Positions 28,715 to 43,935 are shown, counted from the first letter of the stretch. The stretch is 64,000 nt of DNA from the human T2T-CHM13v2.0 reference genome, Homo sapiens (GCF_009914755.1 NC_060930.1); one strand, 5' to 3'. The notes: generated from the sequence alone by a model not told the origin. Numbers and translations: made by a program.

Positions 28715-29306
28715 ATTGATGAGGTAGTTTAGACCTATGGTTCTCAAAGCTTTAGAGTGTATCAGAATCACTTGCAGGGCCTGCTAAAACACAGATCACT
28801 GTGTCCCACCCTCAGTTTCTGATTTACTAGACTTCAGGTGAGCTCAAGAATATGCATATCTAACAAATTCCCAGGAGATGCTGATGCTGCTGTCTGGGAA
28901 TCACATTTTGAGAACTCCTGGGATAATCTATGCTGTGTGATAACAAACCCTGAAATCCCATTGGCTTAATAAAATAAAAGTTTATTTTCGCTTATTTGAA
29001 GTGTAACTGAGTAGCTCTCCAGGGCAGTCCTCTTCTGAGCAGAAATCCAGGAATCCAGGTTGCTCCTCCCTTGTAGTAATGCCATCTGGAACTTGTGGCC
29101 TCTAAGGTCAAAAGGCAAGGGAAGAGAGACATGGAGAGTCACTTGAGATGTTTTCAGCAGTCAGTTCTGGAAATGGTTTATTATCTCTGCTCAGCTCCCA
29201 TTGATGAGAACTTAGTCTCATGGTTCAAACATTCCTGCAAGGGAGACTGGGTGTAAATGTAAAGGAGAGAACATGAATGTTTTGTGAACATTAATCATCT
29301 CTGTCA
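28715..29306 (-). mobile_element. Old MaLR LTR (MLT1K/L-like), interrupted by MER5A
   Basis: tatgctgtgtgataacaaaccctgaaatccc...aaagtttatttt...ctgcaagggagactggg. Confidence 0.6.
28735..28920. mobile_element. MER5A
   Basis: tggttctcaaag ... tttgagaact TIRs; ctaacaaattcccaggagatgctgatgctgctg. Confidence 0.85.
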
Positions 29307-31017
29307 GGGCATCTTCTGTCTCTAACTTCAGCAGAGGGAATGATACCAGTTAAGATCAAGAGGTCAATGTATATTGCCTGGTTCAATAAATGGAATAGAA
29401 TTTAATAGTTATTTACTAAAACCTGGGTTTTAGCTTTCCTTCAGACAAAGCACCCCTTACAACTAACTGCTATTACCTATTCATATCCCCAACACACACA
29501 CACACACACAAATCATGGCCTCCTCTGAGTTATCTTTTCTCACCTTGCCAGGCTCAACTTTTCATTGCTACATTTGGGACATTCATAGATTGAAGTGATA
29601 TGCACATGCTGAAATGGAAAAGGAAATTATACTGATTAAAAAAGCAAGGCTATTTCAAGTTCACTCCCCTTTGCTATGAATTCAAACCTTTGAAGTAGAG
29701 TATTGGGTTCAACAAGCAGCCTTATTTTTGAGAAGGCTATACCCTTGGGATGCTCCACTTCCCGTATTACCTTCAAGGTCTTTATTATATTCTAGGGCTG
29801 GAGATGGCCGAGTGACAGGAGAGCTGACAGTTCTATTAGCCATAGAGGGAGGACAGGTCAATCAAGACTTCTCACATCTCTAGGTAATAAACTGGGTTTC
29901 CAAAAGTAACCCAGATTCCAGCAGGACGGGCCTCAAAGTCTCGTTACAAGATGAAGTGGGCTCTTCAAGGGCAGCTTTTACCTCTAATATCCTCCAGCAC
30001 CCACTTGAAATAGAAAGCATTAGTCTCATTTCTAACATGCTTCCTGCCAACCTCTGGTAGTACCTAGTGCAGAGTACAGAAATACAAACAAGAGAAAGAC
30101 AGCAATTTTCTGGGCTCCATGGTGCCAGGAGAGCAAGCTTTATCCTCTACCACTGTGGTCTTGCAGAAAGGAAAAGATGATATGATGGGTACTTGAGGTA
30201 AACAGACATTTTGATTCCAATCCATGGAGATGAAAGAGGTAACGTTTTAATCTTATTTTCATCTCATTTGCATCTTATTTTTTATCTCCAATTGAAGCAC
30301 AAATCTCACAATGCTTAATAATTACTTTGTGTGACAAGTACATCTCTTTTAGGAAAAATGAGAAAACTAAGGAAAAAAATGAAAGAAATTCCAATGAGGA
30401 GTAAAAATGTACTTATTATTCAGTGTCTCAATATAATTGATATAATGGAGAAGTTTCAGCAGTTAGATGTTTTCTTAGAAATATTTTCACAGCATATCAT
30501 AGATAAAAATTACATTAAAACATGTAGTACCTAGCTGCTGCTTTGAATGTTTGCATAGTACAAATATGTTTAGCCTCAAGTTTTCATGACAGAGACCAAA
30601 GGAACAAAAAGTTAGTTTCTTAATTCTTGACCTTAGTGAGATGCCTTTCAAAAGGAGGCTGAGACATTTGTAATAACTGTCACTGAATTCACTTTTCAGA
30701 CATAAAACTGTGCTGAGACTTACACAAATATGATCTGCATTCAGATTTCTACGCATCTTGGGAAATGATTGGCTGAATAATATTGTATTTGTAAAATGTT
30801 ATTGTGGCTTAAGAGGCAGTCCACAGGGAGGAGAAGTTGTATCAGCATCAGTAATGAATGCCTTATTTTTTTATATGCTGCTGTAGAGATCTGAGACCCA
30901 GAGCTGTCCAGTCTCTATCAACACGCAACGCTCCACAGATCAGTGTTTATTAGGGTGCTTTTAAAGAGACAAAAATGATATTGTTCTAGGATCAATTCTG
31001 CATTCAGTCTGTAAATG

Positions 31018-31374
31018 CAGTCGTCCCTTGGTATCCATGGGGAATTGGTTCCAGGACCCCCCTCAAATACCAAAATCCACGGATGCTCACATCCCTTAGA
31101 TAAAGTGGGGTAGTATATGCATATACCCTATGTACATCCTCCCATATACTCTAAATCAACTCTAGATTACATTTAATACATAATACAATGCCTATATATC
31201 ACTTCATTCACATAGAATCAACATAGTGCTTGGCATATGGCAAATTCAAATCTCGCTTTTTGGACCTTTGTGGATTTTTTTAATATTTCAAAAATATGTA
31301 AAAGATTTGTAAAATCTGCAGTTGGTTGCATCCATGCAGTTGGATAGGAACCTGTGGATCTGGAGGGCTGACTG
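31018..31374. mobile_element. MER2-family (Tigger) MITE
   Basis: cagtcgtcccttggtatccatgggg ... ggagggctgactg|ta. Confidence 0.85.
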
Positions 31375-31559
31375 TATTTATTGGAGGGCTATTATGTTCA
31401 ATAGAAATACTTCTACATAATTTTCTACAATACTTAACTGAATATAGAGAAAAGCAAAAGCATGAGCCTAGGAACCATATTTCAGATTTCAGAACGTAAA
31501 TAGTGAGAGCAAGTTTAAGGGATAAATATATGTGAAATTGCATTGTAACTTATTCAAAA

Positions 31560-31795
31560 CCTATGTGGTATAATGGTAGGGTTTTTTGGATTTTTCAAAT
31601 GTGAGACTTAAGTTTCTGTATCACTCTATCATTTTCTATCTGTGGATCACAGAAAAATTACTTAAGCTCACTGAGCCTCAGTTTCCTTATCCGTAAAAGA
31701 AACATAATATTATTTACCTGTAGAGCTGACATGAGAATTAAATGAGATATATGAAAGAGCCTAATGTGTCATAAATGTTCAATAAATGGTAGCCA
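31560..31795 (+). mobile_element. MIR
   Basis: ttacttaagctcactgagcctcagtttccttatccgtaaaa. Confidence 0.8.
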
Positions 31796-31906
31796 TAACT
31801 GAGCTATATTATCATTCAGCCTTCTGTGAACAGGTTATATTCTATTAATATATTAATTACATATATTATATTTATATATATTTATATATATTAAATGCTG
31901 CTTATC

Positions 31907-32185
31907 GGCCAGGCATGGTGGCTCACACCTGTAGCCCCAGCATATTGGGAGGCTGAGGCAGGAAGAGTGCTTGAGCCCAGAAGTTGGAGACCAGCCCAGG
32001 AAACACAGTGAGTAGAGACCTCATCTCTACAAAAAATAAACAAAATTAGCTGGGCATGGTGGGACATGCCTGCAGTCTCAACTGCTTGGGAGGCTGAGGT
32101 GGGAGGATGGCTTGAGCCTGGGAAGGCAAGGCTTCAGTGAGCCAAGATCATGTCTCAAGAAAAAAAAAAAAAGAAAAGAAATAAA
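31907..32185 (+). mobile_element. AluJ with ~35-bp deletion before the tail
   Basis: cttgagcccagaagttggag diagnostics; ccaagatcatg joined to tctcaagaaaa. Confidence 0.9.
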
Positions 32186-34985
32186 AATGATTTTTATTGA
32201 AAAGGATGTGATTTCTAAAAAGAAAGCTTTGTTTATAAAAAATTTTTAAAGGATTTTTAAAAAGTTTAAATGATCATACATTTAACAGTTAACATCAAAC
32301 ATATATTAGCTTGTAAGTATCTATTAACCTAGAAAGTAGGTTTATGTTCCAAAGTAAATGTGGATGAAAAATAAGAGAAAATTAATTCTGATTTGCTATT
32401 TCATTATACTTTCTATTGGATGTTTGGATTTTTAAATTTCCATTGACCTTTAAACTGTTTATGTATCACAAGGCACATTTTTAAATGTTCTTTTGGACAC
32501 ATCCCTAGACAATTTAAAAGAAACAAGCTAATCCTGGATATCAACTACAGCACACACATTGAAGTTTACCAAACACCATGTAAGGGAAATGTGATTCCTG
32601 AGTCATAGGGTCTAAAGAATTGTAGACATGAAAGTTATTTTAAAAGTTGGTCATTTTTAATTAGCTCCTGTAACATCATTTATCATGGTAAAGTGTGAGA
32701 GACCTGTTCATAAATATTGGAATTTGAAGGTTGCATTTATAGATAACATAGCTTCTAGGCTTTTTCTAACTGGTCAATTGTCTACAAGTCGTCTGTCACA
32801 AGGACTAGACACACATTCTTATAGCTCTCAAAAATATTCATTTCTAGAAGATCATAGTCACAGTTCCTTAAAAGAAAAACATTAAAAGACATGTGTTATT
32901 AAAAAATTAATATGTCTTTTTACCAATATGAAGTTCCTGGATTTCATTTGCCACACTGTTCAATGAGTTAAATGTCAGAAATCAGTAACCAAGCCTATAT
33001 GTTCCATGCCATCTCTGACAACAGTGTAAATTAAAAGGCTGTCAAGTGATTTAGTTTTAAAGATGAAGGTAGACTTTCTGGCAGTCACATTTTCCATCAC
33101 TGATGACTCTGACCATATCCAAAGAGGATATGAACTAACAAAACCCAGACAGGGCAGGAAGGAGAAGGACAAAAGGAAGTAAAAAGCATAATGAAAAACA
33201 GAAAAAGAACAGTTTCCATAGCAGAAATAGAAGTAATGGAAGTAAATAGTTATTTTTCCAACTACCTTGAATATAAAGAGAACTCAAGAAAATCAGAAAT
33301 TTTTTTTTTCAGTAAGATACAGTAAATAAACAAAAAGACATCCCTTCAGAATCAGCTGTTTTTAACTTAAATGCAATTGTCCTTGTGGGGAAAAACACAC
33401 TCTAAGCAAACGTTTTCAAACTGCATTATAAATACAGATTATATTTCATGTCTTAGTGTTAGGAATGGCTGAGTACGCCTGCTAGACATTTGGCTCTCCT
33501 ACCCAATCCAAGCAGTGGTACCAAGGCAGCAGCTCTGATGAAATGATTTGAGAATGAAAGGAGGATTTGGGAAACTAATTGGATTTCTTATCTAACTTGT
33601 CCTTTTGGAAAGAAATGAGTCTCATTTCTTTCACGAAAGTGAATTCTAGAATTAGGATTCATTTATGCTAATTTCTGTATAGATATCTGGTTGTGCTATT
33701 TTTATATACAATATCATATCTGTATATTTTCCCATAAAAATACTAAAATGAACAATCACACAAGCAAAGATTAGTGTTAATCTGTTCAGATGTCAAATTC
33801 CTATAGAGGTTAAAGACTAATACTTGATGGTGTTTATACTGTTACAGTGAGATACCATTAAAATAGATGGATTTAGAATACTGCTGTCAAAATATGCTCC
33901 CTAAATTGTAATTCAATACAGTAAAATTTCTGATTCAATAAGGCCCAGTGTGACTGTCAGGTAACATTACCTTGTAATGGATTCCACTACATACACGTTT
34001 ATCCACACAAGCACATTAATAAATGTATAGGCAAAATGCCATGTTTTGAAAAATTGTGAACAGTAAATAGCATTCGTTTCTGATCTTTCTATTATTAATT
34101 TTTGTTTCTTCTGTAGCTGTCATGTATAACTAGGCTGTTTGCATTATATGAGCATTCCCCAGAATACAATATTTAAGAAAGAATTCTACAAATCCAAGAT
34201 AGCAGTGTCCACAGGTCCCAGACATATGGTATATACTTGTCCTTTGAGTTACTGCTTGCTTAAAAAAACCAGAGTGGTTTCCAGCACAGACACAAGATGG
34301 GACAACTCCTAATGCACTTCCCTTCTTGGGTACTTTCTAGGTAACTGACATTGTCCAGCAGGTGTATATTTCTTCTCATTTGAGAGTCAAACGCAGAAGC
34401 TAGCATTGATTATGAATATGTGACAGAAAGAACATAGTAACATGTACAATGAGTTCAACCAAAAAAAACCCTATATATTCTTTCTGGGTTATGTGGTACT
34501 TTCACATGCTTAACAATACTGTAGATACCATTCTATAGTTTGCATGGGTTTAAGGTGATACCAGACCCATCATCTTCCACTTCCCCTTCCATTCCTTTCC
34601 CTTCCCTAGAAACTTAGTTCTAAAGCCATTAGGTAGGACAGAATAACATAGGTGTCCAGACCAGGACGGGGACAGGAGGCACAGTGGTCCACAGCAGGTA
34701 TCAGAGCCCAAGGAGGGTGAGGAAGGTATACGTGTCAGAAAGGACCCTGTGTGGGGTGTCAGAGCCAGAGCTGGGTGATGAGGGAACATGCCCAATGAAG
34801 GGTGTGATAGCTGTGATAAGAAATTGGTGACTTTTGGGAGAACTGATCAAATAAAAAATACATTAAGCATACTGGGTACCAGGTGTCTCCCTGTCAGAAA
34901 AGGGAACTACCAATATGAAAAGAGAGGAAACTAGCATGAGGCCTGTGGTGTTGGATTGGAAGGTATCAGGGTGAACTCATAGTTT

Positions 34986-35017
<32 letters not shown>

Positions 35018-35784
35018 TACAGAAATAGATATACATAAAAATGTGTGTATACATGTATGTATTCACACACACACACACGTATATTCTCTAGCTCTGTCTA
35101 CTGATATTGTGATCCCAGTAGCAAGGACCATATGAGCACTCAGATCTGAATACCGTTCTTCACTGAAAGAAATGAGAGCTCCTTGGAAAAGTGGCTAATT
35201 CCAGGGCCAGAGCAGGGAAAACATGAAATGAGCTGGATGGCACATCTTGTTGTGCCAGAAAACAAGAAAATGCTCACAGAATGAATGAGATATTTCAAAA
35301 GAATACAGAAATCATCCTGAAGGGGTTCCCACTGGTCAAATCTAAGACAATTGGGTCATTAAAATACTTAATGGTAATAATGAATTAAAATGCATTGAAT
35401 TTGGAAACCCTAAGAAAATCGAGTTAGAAATAAATATGCAAGCAAATTGAAAGTATAATATTTACATATTTTTACAGTTTCACAACAATGTCCTACAAAA
35501 TATTTGCTAATTACAGAGGAAAAAAAGAATAAGATTGTGGGGAAACCTGGCAGAAACTACTTTAATCAAGTGATGAAAGTGAACATCATCAGTAATGGAA
35601 CTGATCAGAATTGGTGCCATGTGCGAGGATGCAATGAGAAAAAGCCTGCATCACTTCTGTGATGTTCCTGCAAAAGATGTATAATCAGAATCTAATCATG
35701 AGAAAACATCAGACAAACCTAAATTCAGGAACATTCTCCAAAAACAATGACTTGTAACCAAAAATAGCGAAGCTGTGAAAGTTA

Positions 35785-35817
<33 letters not shown>

Positions 35818-35993
35818 ACAAGTAAGGAAGTGCTCCAGAGGGAATGAGCCTAAAGAGACATGATACTGAATGCAACCTGTGATTCCGAACTGGATTATTT
35901 TGCTATAAAGTACATTATTAGGACATTTGGTGAATGGAGTCTGAAGATAAGATGGTCATACTTCATTCATGTTAATTTCCTGACTTTGATGGT

Positions 35994-36697
<704 letters not shown>

Positions 36698-37039
36698 ATG
36701 ATTATATTGTGGTTATGTAAGAGACTTCTTGTTTGAAGGAAATTAAAGAAACAGGAGTGATGAGGTTTTAGGTTACTAGCTTATACTTAAGTGTTTCAGG
36801 AAAAAATATTCTTTGAAATGGACTTACAAATTTTCTGTAAGTTTTTTATTGTTTCAAAATAAAAATATATATTACAACTTAAAAGTCCCAAAAGGAGTGT
36901 TTGCAGAGTTAAGAGAAGAGCAGAAAGGATAAACTCCATACTGTTTTTGACACATTCACACAAATGCTTTTCCAGGTCACTGCCAATGACAGGTTGAGTG
37001 GAAATGGGTTTAAACTGAAAGATTAAATATATGAGTGAA

Positions 37040-37335
37040 CAGCAAACTATTGCAAGGACAAAAAACCAAACACCACATGTTCTCACTCATAGGTGGGAAT
37101 TGAACAATGAGAACACATAGACAGAGGAAGGGGAACATCACACACCGGGGACTGTTGTGTGGTGGGGGGAGGGGGGAGGGATAGCATTAGGAGATATACC
37201 TAATGCCAAATGACGAGTTAATGGGTGCAGCACACCAACATAGCACATGTATACATATGTAACAAACCTGCACATTGTGCACATGTACCCTAAAACTTAA
37301 AGTATAATAATAATAAAATAAATAAAAAATAAAAA
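37040..37335 (+). mobile_element. 5'-truncated younger L1PA (PA3-5-like) 3' end
   Basis: Perfect 15-bp TSD aaatatatgagtgaa at 37025-37039 and 37336-37350. Confidence 0.92.
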
Positions 37336-37368
37336 AAATATATGAGTGAAAATATATATCATCTCCTT

Positions 37369-38033
37369 AAATAGAAATGCTTTTACACTGTTGATGGGAA
37401 CGTAAATTAGTTCAACCATTGTGGAAGACAGTGTGGCAATTCCTCAAGGATCTAGAACCAGAAATACCATTTGACCCAGCAATCCCATTACTGGGTATAT
37501 ACCCAAAGGAATATAAATCATTCTACCATAAAGACACATGCACACGTATGTTAACTGCAGCACTATTTACAATAGCAAAGACATGGAACCAACCCAAATG
37601 CCCATCAATGATAGACTGGATAAAGAAAATGTAGTACATATACCCTATGGAATACAATGCAGTCATAAAAAAGAATGAGATCACGTCCTTTGCAGGGACA
37701 TGGATGAAGCTGGAAGCCATCATCCTCAGCAAACTAACACAGGAATAGAAAACCAAACACCGTATGTTCTCACTCATAAGTGGGAGTTGAACAATGAGAA
37801 CACATGGACACAGGGAGGGGAACATCACACACTGGGGCCTCACAGGGGGTGGGGGTCAAGGGGAGGGAGAGCATTAGGACAAATATCTAATGCATGCGGG
37901 GCTTAAAACCTAGATGACAGGTTGATAGGTGCAGCAAACCACCATGACACATGTATACCTATGTAACAAACCTGCACGTTCTGCACATGTATCCCAGAAC
38001 TTAAAGTAAAATAAAATTTAAATTTAAAAAAAG
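37369..38033 (+). mobile_element. 5'-truncated L1PA (PA8-10-like)
   Basis: ORF2 end plus 3' UTR (gcggggcttaaaacctagatgac); TSD aaaata(t/c)ata(t/c)catctcctt. Confidence 0.9.
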
Positions 38034-38076
38034 AAAATACATACCATCTCCTTTTAATAAAAGAGGCCCTAAAAGC

Positions 38077-38356
38077 ATTGATTGACTGATTGATTGACCT
38101 GGTCTCACTCTGTTGCCCAGGCTGGAATTCAGTGGAGCAATCACTGCAGCCTCAATCTCCTTGGATCAAGTAATCCTCCTGCCCAAGCCTCCCCAGTAGC
38201 TGAGACTACAGGCACCAGTCACCACATTTAGCTAATTTTTTAAAATTTTTAGTAGAGACAAGGTCTCACTATGTTGCCCAGACTGGTGTTCAAGCAATCC
38301 TCCCACCTCAGCCTCCCAAAATGCTGGGATCACAGGCATGAGCCACCATGCCCAGC
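38077..38356 (-). mobile_element. AluJ with (TCAA)n tail
   Basis: Antisense Alu; TSD-like gccctaaaagc / gctctaaacgc. Confidence 0.88.
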
Positions 38357-39144
38357 TGCTCTAAACGCTTTTACAAGTAGAAATTTCCTTAAATTTTATT
38401 TCTATATTTAACTGATTTAAGCATCTGCCTTCATGCTCTGTAACACTGTGGTTTCAATAGATTTCTATTCACAAACTCAATCTTGTGAGGCTTCCCAATT
38501 ATGTAAGCAGTAAAAATGGAGTTACTCTGGATAAAATAATGGTTCTGGATGAAAAAAATCCAAGTTTACTCACCCTCCCTTCTCCTTCTCTCATAAGCTC
38601 AGGAATTGTGGGGTGCCTACTAAGTTTGTATTTCAATGAGGGCTCCTCTGGCTCTTTAGAAAGAGTGGTGTAGGTTTTAGGTCTTTATCCCCCCATAGAC
38701 ACACACACACTCATACCCAGGATTTCCTTAGCATGCATATGGGTCAGAGGAGGAGCCATGGCAAAAGGTTCTTGCCATGCTGGCAAGAAGATGGCACTGA
38801 CATCTGGATGCTCTGGCACTTCAAGGTTAGCTTTACAGCCATTTCAAGGCTGCACATTTTTTCTGGAGTCCAGATAACCTCCAAAGCAAAGATTATGCTG
38901 TAATATCTGTCTAGACTGAACCAGAATACTTCTAAACCTACCTTCAGGAGCTGGGACTCTCAAGCATTGAGGGGATTGGTGTGTGTTGAAAAAGTAAGAT
39001 AAAACATTGAGCTGCTGGACCCAAGAGCATCTAGACTAGAGTTGGCACCCAGAAAGCTTCAAGCGTAGCAATGGGTTCCTTGAGACTACCCTCCCTTGTT
39101 GCCCATAGCCTGCACCCCTTTAACACAAAGTCAGGATCTCCACC

Positions 39145-39548
39145 GTAAACTGCATTCTTGTTCAAAAATATTCATTGCTCCTGTTTGGGTAAAGATTATA
39201 CTTTCCCACCCCCACTGATGTCAGGTTTGGTCTTGTGATTTCTTTTCAGCCAATAAAAAGTGCCAAAGTGACTTGTGTTACTCCTGGACAGAAGCTATAG
39301 GAACCAGCACATGGCTTGCTGTCTTTTTCCCCCTCTGTCACAAAGCTAGCAATGATCCAGGTAAAGCCTACTGTACCTGCCTGACCCCAGAGTCAACATT
39401 ATGGGGAGCAGATTTGTAGTTTACCCATTGATGAACCTGTTTATGCTATCAATGTAGTGTGGATGAAAAATAAACCTTTAGGCTATACCTTTGAGGTTTT
39501 GGAGAAGTTCGTTAACATAGAAAACCTGGACCATTTTGACTAATACAA
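39145..39548 (+). mobile_element. MLT1I/J-like LTR
   Basis: tgatgtcaggtttggtcttgtgatttcttttcagccaat ... aaataaacctt ... tgactaataca. Confidence 0.7.
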
Positions 39549-40517
39549 TACCGTATTACCCAGTGTCATTTCATAAAAGCAAACAATTGATTAAATACTT
39601 TTCAAATATTTAGATGGATTATCAAATATTTGGTTTTAAAGATACCTTGAAAAAAATTGTGTCATATTGCTTTGTGTCTATCAAATGACTACTTGCTAGA
39701 TAGTAAAGGTAAAACAGTTTGTAGACCCACAATTTGAGGTCACGAACACCATTTTAAAAATATACATTCATGCAGGGCTTTTCTTTTAACCCATCAGAGA
39801 GTGCATGCTAATTTTTTGCCCTTCCTTTATATCACGTATTACATTATCCACAGACCTTAGAGACACCTGTCCCCAACCACAAGTACCTGGGGATTGTAAG
39901 ATTCTGTGCCACCTAGAGACTCATGATTGGAGCTATTTCTCACTCCTAGAATTTAAAGAACCAGAAAGTTCAAGTTCTACTGCAAGCCTCCATCTGAGAA
40001 CATCACATTCAAAGGCCCCTTGTTGATAAATTATGCCATCTCAAGCAGGAGAGAGAGTAGTCGGGGCTGCTCCTATTTTTGGCTAAGAAAGAGATCTGAT
40101 TCTGACAATCATCCTTCTGGAAAATGACTTTTCTACTATACCAAATTATAATAAAACAAATTTCTAAAACTCAACAGTAAGACCTAGGCAGTGTCCTACT
40201 CTTGTTTTAGCAAATCTTTTAACAAAATTAATAAAAATAGGAAAACTGTGTAACCATGACTATAAACCAAGCAACTGGAGTTCTTCCACTGGGAAGAATT
40301 TGTTTTTCTTTTAGTGAATTAGATGTTAATTCCCAAGATAATAATTTGTAAGTTTAGGACAGGAGGTGACAGATTGTCCCTCAATGGCTCAGAGAGGTAA
40401 TTTGGCTAATATAATCTTGTTAATGAAGCTGGAATTTCACCAAAAATAATAGCTCAGCTCTGCCAGGGGTTGATAGAAATTCAAAAGGCCAGGCTAATGT
40501 TTTTAATTTCTGTAAAA

Positions 40518-40760
40518 CAATATTTCTCAAACTTTATTTCTTAGAACACTATTATCCTGAAAGTTATTAACTAGAATTATGTGAGAAAAAGATGTTAATA
40601 AGTATTCTGTGAAAAATATTCAAATAAATTAGTGAAATGCCTAATATTATATCATCTTCTCTTTTTTTCCGATGTATATTAGCATATTAAAGACCCTGAA
40701 AAATAGTGCAATAAAGAAACTTGTTTTACATCATTTAACCAAGTGATTCACAAACTTACA
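40518..40760. mobile_element. Degenerate hAT-Charlie MITE (MER103-like)
   Basis: caatatttctcaaactt start; tttaaccaagtgattcacaaactt. Confidence 0.4.
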
Positions 40761-41902
40761 GGGAGCACCATATAATATCCTTTGGAACTAGTAATTTTCT
40801 ATAATTTGATAGGCTCCCTTGGAACTAGTAGTTCTTTGTAACTTGATCTAAAATATCAAATCTGTATAAACACCACAAGATGGTCACCCGGTTAGAACTG
40901 AATTTTCAAAACTGTCTCAAAAGTCCTCAGGGGTGATCAGACTCTGTGTGACAAAGATATAACAGTCTGAAGAGACACAGTTTAGAGCAAATGTAACCCA
41001 CAAGATATCAGGCATGAAATGGTTAAACAGAAATACTCCTAAACTATTCCTGAGGCACTGCAAGTAGGGAGTGTTTAGAGGGGTTACATAGGAAGTATCA
41101 TCTGGTTAGTCAAATAGTAGATGCATTTTCAACTTCAACTCCAGTTTGAAAATGTTTCTTCCAACCAAGATTTATACCCTCTGCTACCACCTCTCAACCC
41201 CCAGCCATCACCACCATGGTATACAGAAGAATGCAGATCCTACAGAAAGAGCATAGATTTAGAGCGCTCAGATTAAAGATACAAACATCTACAGCCCCAC
41301 AGAGCCATCCCTGGGGTTACTAGGCAAAGACTAATCATATGATCTGTGATTAGCAGGCAACCAGTGACCTCAGCTGATCAGAAGACCCCATCAGTCCTCA
41401 CCTCTGCTGGCCTCTGGTTCTGAACTGTCACCTGTGCTGTCCTAACTTGTGCCACATTGGCTTCTGCTATGCTAAGTACAGATCCTTGTAGGTCTCCCAT
41501 TTTCTAGTGTCTTGAGAGCTTGGTAGAATCTTTTGAAGTGAAAAGACAAGTGCTTCCTCCAAGTAACACTCCTCCTGGCTGGATAGGGTCAGTTTCAAGT
41601 GTATGTAACATTCTTTCTCTTATATCTGAAATCATAACTTCCTCAGACCCTCAGCATCTTCACAGTTCCTACATGAAACCTGAATTTCATTGTCCTCTAC
41701 CCTCATTTTCATAACATGCCCACACACACCTGAACTTCCTTGGAAGTCACAGCAAAAGACAGGTTATTATTGTTGCTTCCAGAAGATTCTTTGACCCCTC
41801 TGTATATCAGTGGATATAAATAGTTTTTTGAGACAATTACACATTTCACACATTACACTCAATTAAGTCTCAGTTCTAGACCACTTATGGCCCTTTATAT
41901 AT

Positions 41903-43410
41903 ATTGTCTTAGTCTGTTCAGGCTGCTGTAAAATATCAGAGACTGGGTGGTTTAAACAACAGACATTTATTTCTCACAGTTCTGCAGGCTGGGGAGTCCA
42001 AGATCAAGGCACTGGCAGATCTAGTATCTGTGAGGGCCCTCTCTCTGATTTGCAGATGGCCATCTTCTCATTGTAGCCTCACATGGCAGAGAGCAGAGAA
42101 AGAGGAAAAGCTCTTTCATATCATTTTTTGTAAGGGTACTAATTCCATCATGAAGGCTGCACCCCCATGACCTAATTACCTTCCATAGCCCTGTCCCCAA
42201 ACACCATCACACTGGTGGATTCAACATATGAATTTGGCGGGGAGGGCATAAACATTTACTCTATAACTTTCTGCCCCTAATTCCCCAAAATCCATGTCCT
42301 TCTCACATGAAAAATACATTTATTCCACCCCAACAGCCCCAAAAGTCTTTACTCATTCCAGAATCAACTCTAAAATCTAAAGTCCAGAGTTTCATCTCAA
42401 TATCATCTAAATGTGATATGGGTGAGTCTCAAGGTACTATTCATCCTAAAGTAAAATTTCTCTCTAGCTGTGACCTGTGAAGCTAAACAAGTTATGTGCT
42501 TCCAAAATACAATGGTGATTCAGGCATAGAAGAGACATCCCATTCCTGTAATCGCCTAACCGGTTCTTCCTACCTGCTGCACAGGCAAAAATCAATTCAG
42601 TGAGACCGTGGCATTGCAATAAAGAAATAGTTTAATTGATGCAAGTCTGGCCATGCAGAAATTGGAGTTATTACTCAAATCAGTCTCTCAAAAGGCTCTG
42701 AGTTTAGGGGTTTTCAAGGACAGTTTGGTGGGCAGGGGACTAGGGAATGGATGCTGCTGATGGGTTGGGGATGCAATCATAGCAGTGTGGAAAATCGTTC
42801 TTATGCCCTGAGTCTGCCTCTGGGTGGGGTCAGTCACCTGTGAGTGGGGTTAGTCATTTGCCAATATGCAAAAGTCTGAAAAACATCTCAAAAGACCAAT
42901 CTTAAGTTCTACAGTAGTGACATTATCTACAGAAGTAATTGGGGAAGTCACAAATCTTGTGACCTCCAGAACAATAGTTGGTATCATTTAACTACATCTA
43001 CATTTTAGCAAAATTCATGCCCCTCTCATAATCCAACCTCGTGGCCTTTCATTAGTTTTACAAAAGGCAGTTTAGTTTGGGGAGGGGCTATTATCATCCT
43101 TGCTTTAAGATTAAACTATAAACTAAATGTCTCCCAAAGTTAGCTTGGCCTACACCTAGGAATGAGCAAGGACAGCCAGCCTGTGAGACTAGCAGCAAGA
43201 TGGAGTCAGTCATGTTAGATTTCTCTCACTGTCATTATCTTTGCAAAGGTAGTTTCATTCCAAAAGGGAGACAAAAGAGAAAAGGAAGAGTGACAGGCCT
43301 CAAGCAAGTTCAAAACCTAGCAAGGCCAACTCTATGAGATCTTAAACCTCAGGAATAATCTTCTTTGACGCAATGCTCTGCTTTCCAGATCTACTGAGAT
43401 GACAGTCCAA
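41903..43410 (-). mobile_element. MLT1A-like 3' LTR (41903-42267) plus adjoining MaLR internal sequence, split by LTR8
   Basis: tgtcttagtctgttcaggctgctg ... ctataac; polypurine tract (aggggcagaaa on the minus strand) abuts the LTR; MaLR-int motifs continue after 43262. Confidence 0.8.
42547..43257 (-). mobile_element. ERV1 solo LTR (LTR8/LTR8A-like)
   Basis: TG...CA ends (tgtaatcgcc ... ctttgcaaaggtagtttca), 711 bp, 4-bp TSD ttcc. Confidence 0.85.
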
Positions 43411-43935
43411 AATATTATGCCCCTGATCCCCCAAAATTCATTTCAATGTATGAGTTCAGTTATAATTAACAAAATTGTCATATGGAGATCCGCTGCTAAC
43501 CTGAACTAAGTGAAACAGTAGATTCAAGATTGGGTGAATTTTGGCTGACAATCTACTAAGCCAACAGAGTAGACTCAAGATTCTGAATCCCTCATAGAAT
43601 ATTCTCTGGGTATGTTGCATATCACACTGCACAACTGCAAGCTTACTTGTTACCTATCTGGGGGAAACGGAGATTCAACCTACACAGAAGTACTCTTAAT
43701 TTTCAGGTTAAGAGACAACATCAATCCAGCAGAATGTCCTCCCATAAGCTTTGGTATATTCACATTTCAATTTTGCTACTCCCTTTCTGGTTTTAGTACA
43801 GGGAGTCCATTTTAACATATCACTTTTCTCCAGATAAGTATAATCTTTTTAACCTTCTTGCAACCTAAGGAAGATTGTCTCCCCTGACCTCTTGAGCCTG
43901 ACTTTTTATTACCTGGCCCCATGTGTTTGTTTACT

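Noticed and set aside
40778-40847. Degenerate ~37-bp tandem duplication (ttggaactagta); also an 18-bp duplication near 44707-44745
   Set aside because: Ordinary slippage duplications with no further structure.
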